Source: a virus. From it: a DNA stretch of 64,000 nt. The DNA lies in the IMG/VR virus record IMGVR_UViG_3300030685_000003, positions 6,156 through 70,155 of that record; one strand, 5' to 3'. The position numbers were made by a program, and so were the translations under genes. Shown in pieces: positions 31,027 to 41,839 of the stretch (the stretch's first letter is position 1; each line of letters starts with the position of its first letter). The notes under the pieces were generated by a model. That model was not told the origin of the DNA and did no database searches. It was given only the letters and a program-made list of their open reading frames with translations.

Positions 31027-31735
31027 AAATACAATACAACTTATCACATCTATATACTGAAATTACGATGTGTTGAAAAATCAGCCAGAGCAAACAATCT
31101 CTGTGAATTTCACTTGCTTCACAGAAAGTGATGAGTTGCTTGTAGAAGATGGAAATACATGGACTGTATATTCTGTCCAGGATGACGAACTTAATACACT
31201 ACATCCTCGTTTGTGAGCAAAATACTATAGAACCCACCCATTTCAATCATTGAAAGATTTAGATATTCCACTTAATTATGGTGATATAGTTATTCGAATG
31301 GATTGATCTGCTAGATTGCTGAGAGAAGACTCTATCGAAAGACTTATAGAACAATGTCCAGAAGCCTTCGATATTGTATGTTTCGAGCATCCTGAAAGAT
31401 CTGATATTTATGAAGAAGCAGAATACTGTATAGAGAATAATATTCCAAAATATAAGGGACTACCCCTTAGAGAACAAGTTAATTGTTATAAGCATCAGTG
31501 ACATCCAGAGTGATTCGGATTGTCTGCAACTGGGCTACTCATAATGAAATATTCTAAAGAGGTCGAGTCAATGTTAGAGCAACGATGGGATGAATGTATC
31601 AACTGGAGCCGACAAGATCAGCTATCTTTCGATTACTTAGTTTGGTTATTAGATATTGAACGTGAATGGTTGGATGACAATCTTCGACATAATGAATACA
31701 TAAATTTTTTAAATCCACATAAAAACGACTCATAA
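31019..31735 (+). CDS. DUF616/TOD1-MUCI70-like glycosyltransferase (238 aa)
   Basis: TSIYTGNYDVL, CFTE, I(W)MDGS, HPERSDIYEEA, QDQLSFDY. Confidence 0.85.
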
Positions 31736-32238
31736 TGCCCTTCTCGTTACAACAATTTGACGATTTACTAGTAACAGATTTCCTTAGCCTCTCTCAACAC
31801 GATACAGTGTTTGATGTTGGCTGTGGCGCATGAAAGATATGGAACCTACTACATTCCTATGTCAAGAAAATTGATGGTATAGAAATACATAGAATCTATA
31901 TACCTCAGTTCGACTTAGATAGAAAATACGATAATCTATACATATGAGATATTCTACAACATGAGTTCTTACAAAACTACGATGTAATTGTACTTGGAGA
32001 TGTTCTAGAGCATATTGATAGACAGTCTGCAAAAAAATTACTTGAAAATTTGAAGAGAAGATGTAATACTATCTATGTACAAATCCCATATATGCATACA
32101 CAAGGTGTGGAATTTGATAATATATACGAAACGCATTTACAATCAGATCTTACTCCGGAACTGTTTTTGAAAGAATATCCTGGATTTGAGCTCTTGTGAG
32201 CAGATTCTTTAATTTGATTATACAAACGATCATGCTAA
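31735..32238 (+). CDS. class I SAM methyltransferase (167 aa)
   Basis: VFDVGCGAG, IDGIEI, LGDVLEH, NIYETHLQ. Confidence 0.85.
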
Positions 32239-32477
32239 AACCAACAGGTACTAAATTATTCGTTAGAAAAGTCAACGAAACCAAGGAAGAGGGGGTCTTT
32301 GTCCCTACTCCTAGTGAAACGTCTTACATTAGATGTGAGATTGTAGAAGACAGTCCAGATAAGCCATTGTCTTGCCAATATATATTGGTACAAAAGAGGT
32401 TTCTAGATGTTGAAATATCTCCAGATATCTTCATTATTGAATCATTCTGCGTGGATGCAAAGGAAGTTGAAGCCTAA
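32232..32477 (+). CDS. groES: GroES-like co-chaperonin (divergent, 81 aa)
   Basis: MLKPTGTKLFVRKV..EGVFVP; directly upstream of groEL. Confidence 0.65.
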   Translation: MLKPTGTKLFVRKVNETKEEGVFVPTPSETSYIRCEIVEDSPDKPLSCQYILVQKRFLDVEISPDIFIIESFCVDAKEVEA

Positions 32478-32499
32478 TTTTAGATTATAAGCTATATTT

Positions 32500-34137
32500 A
32501 TGGGTAAAGAAATCACGTTTTGAGAAAATTGAAGGAAAAAAATCCTTAATGGAATAAAAAAAGTATATGATGTGGTAAGAATTACTATGTGACCTAAGGG
32601 GAAAAACGTATTATTGCAGAGAAATAACGTACCATTGATCACAAATGATGGTATAAGTGTGGCAAAACTTATAGAATTGAATGATAATGCTGAGAAAATG
32701 GGTCTAAGATTCATCCAAGAAGCCGCTTGAAAGACCAATTTAGATGCCTGAGATGGTACTACATTGACTACTGTACTGTCTTATGCCATGGCAAATGAAG
32801 GTATGAAGTATGTAAATAACGGAATCAATCCATTTACGCTATCGGAGCAGCTTTTAAACACCCAAAAATTTGTATTAGAGGGACTAAAATGAATGACTTT
32901 GCCAGTTACTTCGAAGAAGTTGATCCAAGAAGTTGCTACAATCTCTGCTCAGAGCGAGGAAATCGGTAAAGTTATCGCCGATACTATAGATAAAGTAGGT
33001 GAAAACGGGGTTATTACCGTAGAAGAAGGTAAAAATCTGGGTATAACTACTGAAATTACTATAGGATATAAGTTCAATCAGGGGTATACATCACCATATT
33101 TCGTTACAGATCCTAATAAAATGGAGTGTATTATAGAGAATGCATACATCTTAATTACCGATAAGACCATATCTAACCCGAAAGATATAGAAAAAGCACT
33201 CAATGATATTACCATGACAGGTTCTAAAGATATAGTCATTATTGCTGAGGATGTTATAGGTGATGCATTGACTATGATTGTAAGGGCAAAGAACCATAGA
33301 GGCACACCAATAAATATCGTAGTTGTTAAGGCTCCAAGTTACGGAGACGTTAAGAAAGAAATGCTATGTGACATTGCTGCCATCACTGGTGGTAAAGTCT
33401 TCTCAGATGATTTTTGAATAAGTTTCGACCAATCATCTTTGGACTATATGTGACGTTGTGATAAATTTATTTGTACCAAACAATCAAGTATCATAGTTTG
33501 AGGTAAATGATCAAAAAAAGATATAGATTCTAGAATAGCTTCTGTAAAAGCGTTGCTCAAAAACAAGGATGATGATTTTGATAGATTCGATCTTGATAGA
33601 AGAGTTGCTGCTCTTGCCGGATGAGTTGCTGTTATCAGAGTTGGAGCTGGTACTGAAATGGAAATGCAGAATAAAAGACTTAAGGTCGAGGATGCGTTGA
33701 ATGCCACTAAGGCAGCTATCCAAGAAGGTATTGTTGCATGAGGATGAACGACTCTTGTAAATCTAAGCGAGTATATACTTAGTCAGTGATTCACATACGT
33801 TTCTGAAGAAGAAAAAATTGCCGACAAAATTATCGCAGATGCATTACTCTATCCGATCAAACAAATCTGTTTGAATGCTGGATATAGTGGTGATGTGGCA
33901 GTAGATAAAATAATAAAGCATAAATCCAATAGCTATGGATTCAACGCAAAGACTGGTGAGTACTGAGATATGCTTAGGATGTGAATCATAGACCCGGCTA
34001 AAGTTTTGAGATGTGCTATCGAAAATGCTGTGTCTGCCGCTATGATGCTCCTTACACTTGATGCTATCGTTGTTGATGAAAAAATTAAGGACCAATACTC
34101 AGTCCAAACAGGATTTGATTTATCTGACGCTATGTAA
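32500..34137 (+). CDS. groEL: chaperonin GroEL (545 aa)
   Basis: [79 protein letters not shown]. Confidence 0.97.
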
Positions 34138-36266
34138 TGGAATTAAAACAATATACCCTCTCCTCTCCATTGATGATTTACGATGGCACTAAAAAGATAG
34201 CCACAATTTATGACGCTATTAGTGCTATCGTCTTCTCCAAATATTTCACTTCATGGAAGCTCACAGTAAAATACTGATCTAAAAAACTTGATAACTATAA
34301 TCAGTTAAAGTTGATCTATGGTGATATCCACTCTCTTGTAGATATTGCTAGATGATTTGCAGATACTGATTTTTTTATAAAATCCAAATGAGACAAGAAT
34401 TTCGTCGCTATACCAGATGAATCTTATCTTGAGAGCTTCTGAGAAATTATGAGAAACATTGCGGATTTTACTTGAGAGCTTCTTGCTAAGTATGTCGGAT
34501 CTCAGGACCAACTTAACCAAGAACTTGAGGATATTCTTCAATACGGATTGTTTGATGATGAGTGATTTAGTAGGCTTGCAAACTACTATAGTGGAATGAT
34601 TTTTAATGAAACTATAGATGAGGGCCAGAAAGCCTCAGTACAATATGGGGATTATCTACTGCAAACATCTCTGGATGAGGCGGCGGATATTCCAGATCAT
34701 CTTATCAATTATGTTGAAAGAGAGGTCTTGTGATTTGAGATTGATACCGCAAATTTGCGTAAGCTGATATGATTTGAGCCTCAGTGATGGCAAAGATATT
34801 TTTTGATAAATCAAAAGAGGTTTTCAACTATTGTATGATCTAGAAAGCTAGGTAAGTCCTATCTTATGGCGTACTTATTGATCAGACAAATATTTAAGAA
34901 GAATCAAGATATCGTATATGTGGTTCCTAACTTTGATATGGCCGATCAGGTGTGGAGTTATATAGAGAGATTTATCCGTGATATTAACGATCCTGGATTG
35001 AGATTTGATAAGGCAAGAAGAACGTTCTCATATACTACAAATAGAAGTATCTGTACGTTCGTATCTGCCGATTCTAAGTCAATGGGAAGATCGAAGAAAG
35101 CTGATCTTGTTCTTTACGATGAATGAAGTTTCGTATCTGATTTGGCAAGAAAAACGCTTATCCCGCTAGTTGCAAATACTATGGGATATGAGGTTTATGT
35201 GTCTACCGTATCTATAGAGACTCCAATCAACTGGTTCTACAAAAACTTTAAGAAATGAGAATTGGGATTAGATGCTGCATATTTCTCAGTAAGAGTTGAT
35301 ATCTATCATAACCCATTCATCGCAGATGATGAAAAGAAGAGACTTATCCAAGAATATAAGGACGATCCTATGATGTCTGCTACTGAGCTTTTCGCTATGT
35401 TTCCATCAGTAGGTTGAGGATTCAATCTCTGAGAATTCTTTTTGCATCACACAAATACTACAGATATTATAGTGAATGGAGTAAAGATAGTCCTTAAGAC
35501 AGAAATTGACGATCTTAAAAAAGAATATTATAGATTCGCTCTATGATATGATCCAGCGTTGATGCGTGATAAGTGATGACTTGTGATAATTTGAGTTAAG
35601 AGAATTATAGATATTATAGATGGTATCCCTATTGATAAGAACAAATTTGAGATCATATGAGGCGCATATATCAATGTTACCGATTATACCCAGCAAATAA
35701 ATATTATGTTGGAACTCCAAGAATTACTCAAGCAAGTGAATGCTGCAGGTCAGATTATACCTTGTTTTGTGGCAATGGATGCAACTGGTTCTGGTATGTG
35801 AGTATACGAGCTTATGAGAGGAATGGGTGTTCAAGAAATTCACAGAATATTTTGGGGAGGTAGTAATTTTATAGAGCCTACCTATGATAATGGTATATGG
35901 AAGGCAAACAAAAAAGATTTGGAATCACTTTTCCGTGCATGAGCTGGTAGAGATTTGTTTGCATACAACTATAATACCGAACTAAGATCTGAGATAGAAG
36001 AGTACGGAGTCTCTACAAGATCCGCCGGTGATGGTCACTTTGACCAGTTGTCTGCTTGATTTTGTGTATACTTCATTTGTAAGAGATATATTGGTGATTG
36101 GGTAGGTGATGCTAGAAATTTACCATGAAATCCAGAAGACATGTTCCAGCATATAGAAGACCTTGCTGGTAAAAAAATGCATATTCCAGGTTCTGTCTCT
36201 ATAGAGGAATGACAGATAACTAGAACAAAAACACAGAATCAGAGATATAGAAGGTTTACCTATTAG
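34137..36266 (+). CDS. terL: terminase large subunit (709 aa)
   Basis: Walker A VGSRKLGKS, Walker B VLYDE, YVST, NPFI, nuclease LGYDPA, DATGSG, HFDQLSA; directly before the portal. Confidence 0.88.
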
Positions 36267-36274
36267 TAAATGGA

Positions 36275-36302
36275 TTGCATTTGTAGAGAAAATATCTATA
36301 CT
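36275..36302 (+). promoter_or_regulatory. sigma70-like promoter before the portal
   Basis: TTGCAT-N16-TATACT. Confidence 0.65.
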
Positions 36303-36337
36303 TCTTCTGATAATTATTTACTCCTATTCATTTCACT

Positions 36338-38179
36338 ATGGTAAATCAAGAACAAGTTCACGCTCCAGCTCCAGTTGGTAAAGAAACATTTGAAGTACCA
36401 GAGTCGGATGATACTATGAAACTTAATGATGTAAGAATAATCTGGAATAACTATAAGAGTATCTATCTTAGTTACTATATTTCTATTTGGAAAAATTATT
36501 GTATGTATGGTGGCGATAGGTTACAATTTATCAGTGACTGGCAGACTAATATAAAGTCTGGTATGACTCTCTATTATACAGAAAGTACGTATGGTACTAT
36601 TTCCGATGCTGAACAGGCATACAGAATTACTGGTAGAAATTTACAAGATCAAGATACGGCTGACGCCATTCTTGACTGGACAGAATGGTTACATACTAGA
36701 GTTGACTCTGATACTGCCTTCCAAGATGCCATTAAAGAAACAATTCTTTTCTGAACAGGATTTTTTAGGGTGGGGTATAGATATTTCGAGAACAAATTCA
36801 ATATCTTACAAAAAGATGGTAAATCTAAACCAGGTATAGAGGTCATAGATAATGCTACTCTCGAATTTATTTCGGCTATGGAAATGTGTGTAGATAATTC
36901 TGCTCGTTCTGAGGAGGAATGTAGATATAAAATTAGGAGAAGGGTTATGTCTACTAAAGATATTGAGAGCACTTATTCATTCTACGGATTGAAACTAAGC
37001 AAGGAAGATATAGATACTCCATACTATGTTGATCAAATAGATTACGAAAGATTCAAGAAAGATATTATAATGATGTCTGCGATTGCAGAGCTTAAGCCAA
37101 TCAGAGATGAGGTATTTTACTTTGTCCCTGAAAAAAACTCAGAAGTTTTCGAAGTCTACGAAAGAGGACAAGTATCAATATTTGTAAATGGTAAGAAATA
37201 TGGACCATTCGCTCAAATTGGTCCTTGGAAAAAAGATCCAGTTAAGGCTATGCAGTTTATTAGAATCCCTAATTCTTTATATGGTTTGGGTATAGGTACT
37301 ATTGTTAAACCGGTTCAAGAAGTATCTGATGCGATTTTGAACTCTAGAATGGATAATGTTAAGTTGGTCAACAATAAAGTGTTTATCCATGTTACTAGTA
37401 AAGATCCATTGCTTCAAGCACAAGATTTCTTAGAATTGGAACCAGGATTGATTATTCATACTGCAAATTCTGACGCTTTGACTGAGATGAAAATTGATGA
37501 TATTAAGCAAGGACCTATTGTAGAATACCAAAATCTATCAGATATTACAGACAAGACTGTAGGTACTAACTGATATAATATGGGTACTCAAAATAAAGTT
37601 GAAAGAGTAAGTGGTGCAATTGATGCATTACAAAGATCTGCTCTAGGTAGAATTAGAGGATGTATAACATCTATAGGTAGAGCAATGTGATTTTCTGCAA
37701 AATACATGTTCATCTTATCTATGTACTATACAGATCAAAAAATATTTGAAAGAGTTCTTGGCCCAGAAGGATATTGAAAGATTAAGGACCTAGATATAGA
37801 AGAAATTATAAATGACATGGATTTCGAGTTCAACATGGATGCAGATAAGATCAAGTCTGTTTCTCAAAAAATGAATGGAGCTCTGCAGCTGTTACAATAT
37901 TTACCTAATCTTAAAGACGCTGCTGGTAATCCAATCGTTGATCCAGTTCCAGTTGTTGATATGATTCTTGAATGACTTGGTATGTCTGGTTCTGTTAAAT
38001 TTACTGTAGAAGATGCCCAAGCATCAGCTCAACTTGCCGGTGAAATAAAAAAAGCATTTGATGCAGTTGTTCCGCAACAACCAGCTCCCCAACCATGATC
38101 TTGAGCTACACCATCCCAGCCAGCTGCAGATCCTGTTGCTTGAGTTAATCCTATTCAATCCCAATTGCAAGTAGGATAA
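36338..38179 (+). CDS. portal protein (P22/T7-like, 613 aa)
   Basis: LFGTGFFRVG, PNSLYGLGIG, DNVKLVNN; position after TerL. Confidence 0.85.
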
Positions 38180-38199
38180 TTTATTTATAAACAACAACT

Positions 38200-38559
38200 A
38201 TGTGAAACCAACTTAAAAATTTTTTTACTAGATTTTTGATAAAGAGCCCTACTCCATCCCCTAAGTTGGAAATATCTTTTGTAATATATAACATAGATGC
38301 CGCTGCTATCCCTAGAGAGTATAGAGATGTATTTATAAAAATACTTCATAATACATATCTTACTAGGTTGGAATCGGTGGTTGCAATAACTGACGAAAAG
38401 GAGAAACTTAGAATGGCTTATTATGCAGAGGAGGATCTATTCTTATACAATGCATTTAAGACTCTAAATATAACTCAAGACCAAAAAGCCAAGATTGAAC
38501 AAACAAAAGAGCATATTAAAGAAGAAAAAAATAAGAGCTTCTTATTTGGTACTGACTAG
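38200..38559 (+). CDS. hypothetical virion-module protein (119 aa)
   Basis: ATG 38200 in frame with the supplied ORF via TGA. Confidence 0.65.
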
Positions 38560-38572
38560 TATATCTCAAGAA

Positions 38573-38599
38573 TATCCCGTTGGAATGCGGGATGTTTTT
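38573..38599 (+). terminator. intrinsic terminator
   Basis: atcccg..cgggat hairpin followed by a T tract. Confidence 0.6.
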
Positions 38600-38617
38600 A
38601 AAATATATAAAAATCTA

Positions 38618-38645
38618 TTGATTTCTCCTCGTATATCATTAAAAT
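38618..38645 (+). promoter_or_regulatory. sigma70-like promoter for scaffold/capsid
   Basis: TTGATT-N16-TAAAAT. Confidence 0.6.
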
Positions 38646-38698
38646 ATCCATGTAGATAAAACACACTACTAACCAAATTTATTTTCTCAACCTACTCT

Positions 38699-39583
38699 AT
38701 GGCAAAAACAAAGTTTGCAAATCAAGATGCATTGGATGAAGCATTTGGTACCCAAGATGACACAGAGACTAACGATGTGCAAACTGGAACATGAACCCCT
38801 TCTGAGGTGAGTGCAGATGACTTTCTATCATGAGATGACCAATCATCAGAACCCGACACAACAGATACAACAGACACAACTACTCCGGACGCTATCCCGG
38901 CAGATGGTACAGACACTACATCAGTTTCGGATGAAACAGCAGCATCAGGGGATGCGGCTACTACTGAAGATACTCCATGAGAGGAAGTAGGTGAAACTCC
39001 GGCTGAAGCAAGTGAAGAAGCAGAAGACCCAGAAAAGATTCTTCAAGATCTACTTAGTGAGGTTGAAAATAAAGATACGGCCATACTAGAAAAAGATAAG
39101 GAGATCCAAGCTACGGTTGAGGGCTCATCTATGCCAGATGCAGAAAAGCAAGATCTATTGACTAAACTTCAAGAAAAGGATCAAATTGTTGCAGAAAAAG
39201 ATGATATAATTTCTGAGCTTCAAACTAGGAATAAAGTACTAGAAGACAAGCACTCTTGAGCAATCACAGAAAACGAGAATTATAGAATTGAAAGTCTTGC
39301 TAATAAGAAAGTCCTTGACAAGATACAGTCAGATCCCGAAATACAACAATTCGTTTCACTTAAGATTAGAGCAGATAATTGAGATACTGCTGCTTGAGAT
39401 CAGCTTGATTGATTGCTATCAGACATAATGAAATCTAGATGAATAGATGTAAGTGCTCTAGTAGATAGTCAAAAGAAAGCTGAGAAAACAGCACTATCAC
39501 AACAATCTGTACCTTCGTACTCTCAATGAGATATCCAATTTGATCCCTCAGTAGAATGAGATGCTCTAGATAACCTTGGGTAG
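38699..39583 (+). CDS. capsid scaffolding protein (294 aa)
   Basis: Acidic low-complexity N-terminus plus coiled coil, directly before the major capsid gene. Confidence 0.75.
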
Positions 39584-39610
39584 AAAATTTATTTTTAACA
39601 ACCCTCCCAC

Positions 39611-40981
39611 ATGGCAAATTTAAATCTTAGATCGGCCGCTACCGAGCTTAATAACAAAACTATCAATATCTTCAAATATGGATGGGGATATGCTGGTAAA
39701 ACAATGGCAATGTTTATGTACAATCTTATTGACCTAAACGCTGAAACCATTGATTGGAAAAACATTAAACCAAAGCCATTCAAAGTAGAAATGAAAGAAA
39801 ATCTTTTAACAGATCAAAATCTTGGAAACAAGGCAACTTGGCAAGAAATCAATGTTAAAGATCAAGTATTGGTAATTAACTCAGTATGTACTACAGCTAA
39901 AACAATCGTTGTTGCTGCAACTGGTCCAGTTAACTACAAAAGAGGTCAATGGTTCTTCAATCCACAAAAACAAGAATCATACCAAATCAATACAGATGTT
40001 TCTGATACAACAATTGGAGCAACTACAGTTACTCTTACTTGTGTAGATATCGGATCAGCTGCTGCAAACGCTAACCTTAGAATTGCTGGTTACTCTAAAC
40101 CTTACAAAAACAATGAGGGTAATGCATTCGTTGCAGATCAAGTACAAGAAATGTACAACATCTTCACTGGATTCAATATGGCGATCAATCTTGATCAAAA
40201 TGAAATGAATCAAAACTCAATCTTCAAAGAAGATACTAAGGCATATATTTCACAAAAGACTGCTGAAGCATCAAGAACAATGCTTATCAACTCTTGGAGA
40301 CAATACTATACTGGTGAAAGAGGTGCTAACTCTATAGGAGGTACAACTACTCCAACTCTTGGAGGTTTGAACTACTTCTTGAAGAATGTATCAAACATTG
40401 CTGCTATAAATGTTGGAACTGGAGCAAGTGGTGCAGTAGGTGGTGAAATCGTAGTAAATGGTTCAACTTATGATGAAAAGAGACAATCTTTCCTTTCTGC
40501 TTTGAACTCTATCTTGATCTCTCCATTGCCAAATATCAAAGGAGCTAACAAACTTATCTTCCTTTGTACAACTTCTTTCATGAGAGAAATTGAAGAAATG
40601 TTCTTCCCTAAATTAACTAACTTCGACAAGATCAGAGTTATGGATTTGGAAGTAGAAACTATCAAATTTGCTAATGCAACTGTTTCATTCATCGTTGATG
40701 AAAGTCTTGATGATTTGAACTTCACTAAGACATCTGCTGGAGTATACGGAATGCAAAAGATTGGTTACATAATCCCTATTGATTACTGTAAAACAGTCAT
40801 GAAAGCAAACGATGTTTATACTAAGGATGGACAATCAGTTCAAGCTCTTGGTATGGGTAAATTCTTCATCTTGCCACAAACAGCTGAAGAAAGTCTTGAC
40901 TTTAGATTGTACTCAAACGCATCTGCGATGTGGGGAGCAATCAGTTCAGGGGCATACAGAAAGATTACATTCGGATGGTAA
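39611..40981 (+). CDS. major capsid protein (456 aa)
   Basis: Position after the scaffold, strongly biased codons, YNIFTGF..YTGERG..TLGGLNYF pattern, strong terminator downstream. Confidence 0.82.
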   Translation: MANLNLRSAATELNNKTINIFKYGWGYAGKTMAMFMYNLIDLNAETIDWKNIKPKPFKVEMKENLLTDQNLGNKATWQEINVKDQVLVINSVCTTAKTIVVAATGPVNYKRGQWFFNPQKQESYQINTDVSDTTIGATTVTLTCVDIGSAAANANLRIAGYSKPYKNNEGNAFVADQVQEMYNIFTGFNMAINLDQNEMNQNSIFKEDTKAYISQKTAEASRTMLINSWRQYYTGERGANSIGGTTTPTLGGLNYFLKNVSNIAAINVGTGASGAVGGEIVVNGSTYDEKRQSFLSALNSILISPLPNIKGANKLIFLCTTSFMREIEEMFFPKLTNFDKIRVMDLEVETIKFANATVSFIVDESLDDLNFTKTSAGVYGMQKIGYIIPIDYCKTVMKANDVYTKDGQSVQALGMGKFFILPQTAEESLDFRLYSNASAMWGAISSGAYRKITFGW

Positions 40982-41001
40982 TCATCTCCCAAATACAGAT
41001 C

Positions 41002-41024
41002 AATACCTCTTCGGAGGTATTTTT
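41002..41024 (+). terminator. intrinsic terminator after the major capsid gene
   Basis: aatacctc-ttcg-gaggtatt followed by a T tract. Confidence 0.85.
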
Positions 41025-41041
41025 CTTTTACAAAAAATTTC

Positions 41042-41069
41042 TTGTATATCTTTGACAAATCATTATAAT
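41042..41069 (+). promoter_or_regulatory. sigma70-like promoter for the tail operon
   Basis: TTGTAT-N16-TATAAT. Confidence 0.65.
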
Positions 41070-41107
41070 CCCTAGTATGAAATACTTTTAATGCTAATTT
41101 TCCAAAT

Positions 41108-41812
41108 ATGTATGTCAAATCCTTGGTTGATTCTATACAATTTAAGCTAGGTCAATATGTGTTTACGGAAATGTTTACTCTAGATAATATTGTCGAAGAG
41201 GTTAATGATTGTATTACAGATCTTTCTCTTTATGATGCTGTTTGGGATTGGGCATTCTCTAAGTTTGACAATAAAAATGGTACTATATTTATACCAGGAA
41301 TAGTTTCTAAGGCAGTGTCTTATGGTCTCCCTCGTCAGATTTGGAGCCATATTGCCTGCTATGCTATAAAAAATAATGAAAAGATTCCCATGAAGTATGT
41401 ACAATACTGAGAATTTTCTAATTGGGCTACTGGTACAGAAGTACTAGAATTTTACTATTCTGGTTCCACATTATATCTTTCTGAGGCACAAGATGTCGTT
41501 TTTGAGTTCACTGGATCTCCAATACAATATACAAGTTCAGACTATGTCAGTAATACTAAGATGACAATTCCTGACGATTTTAAAGGGTATCTAAAGGATA
41601 GGGCATTAGCAAATCTTATGCCTATCTATCTATCGGATTGACAAGTCTTGGCTGACAAATATTACGAAAAATCAGAGAACAGGGCGGTTAGATTGGCTGC
41701 TAAATATGGTAAAAAATATGGTAATACTAATGTTACTTCCTCTATGCCATGAAAAACAGGACAGAAACAAGGTCTAAGGAGATCTATCTTTACTGAAGAA
41801 CAGGGTTTCTAG
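41108..41812 (+). CDS. head-tail adaptor / tail tubular protein A-like (234 aa)
   Basis: WDWAF..YGLP..IPDDF pattern; position after the capsid gene. Confidence 0.65.
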
Positions 41813-41839
41813 ATATTTATCAATAACTACGGTTAATAT

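Noticed and set aside
32500-34137. TGA=Trp (table 4)
   Set aside because: GroEL and other motifs require Gly at the TGA positions (GPKG, AGDGTT, AGGG).
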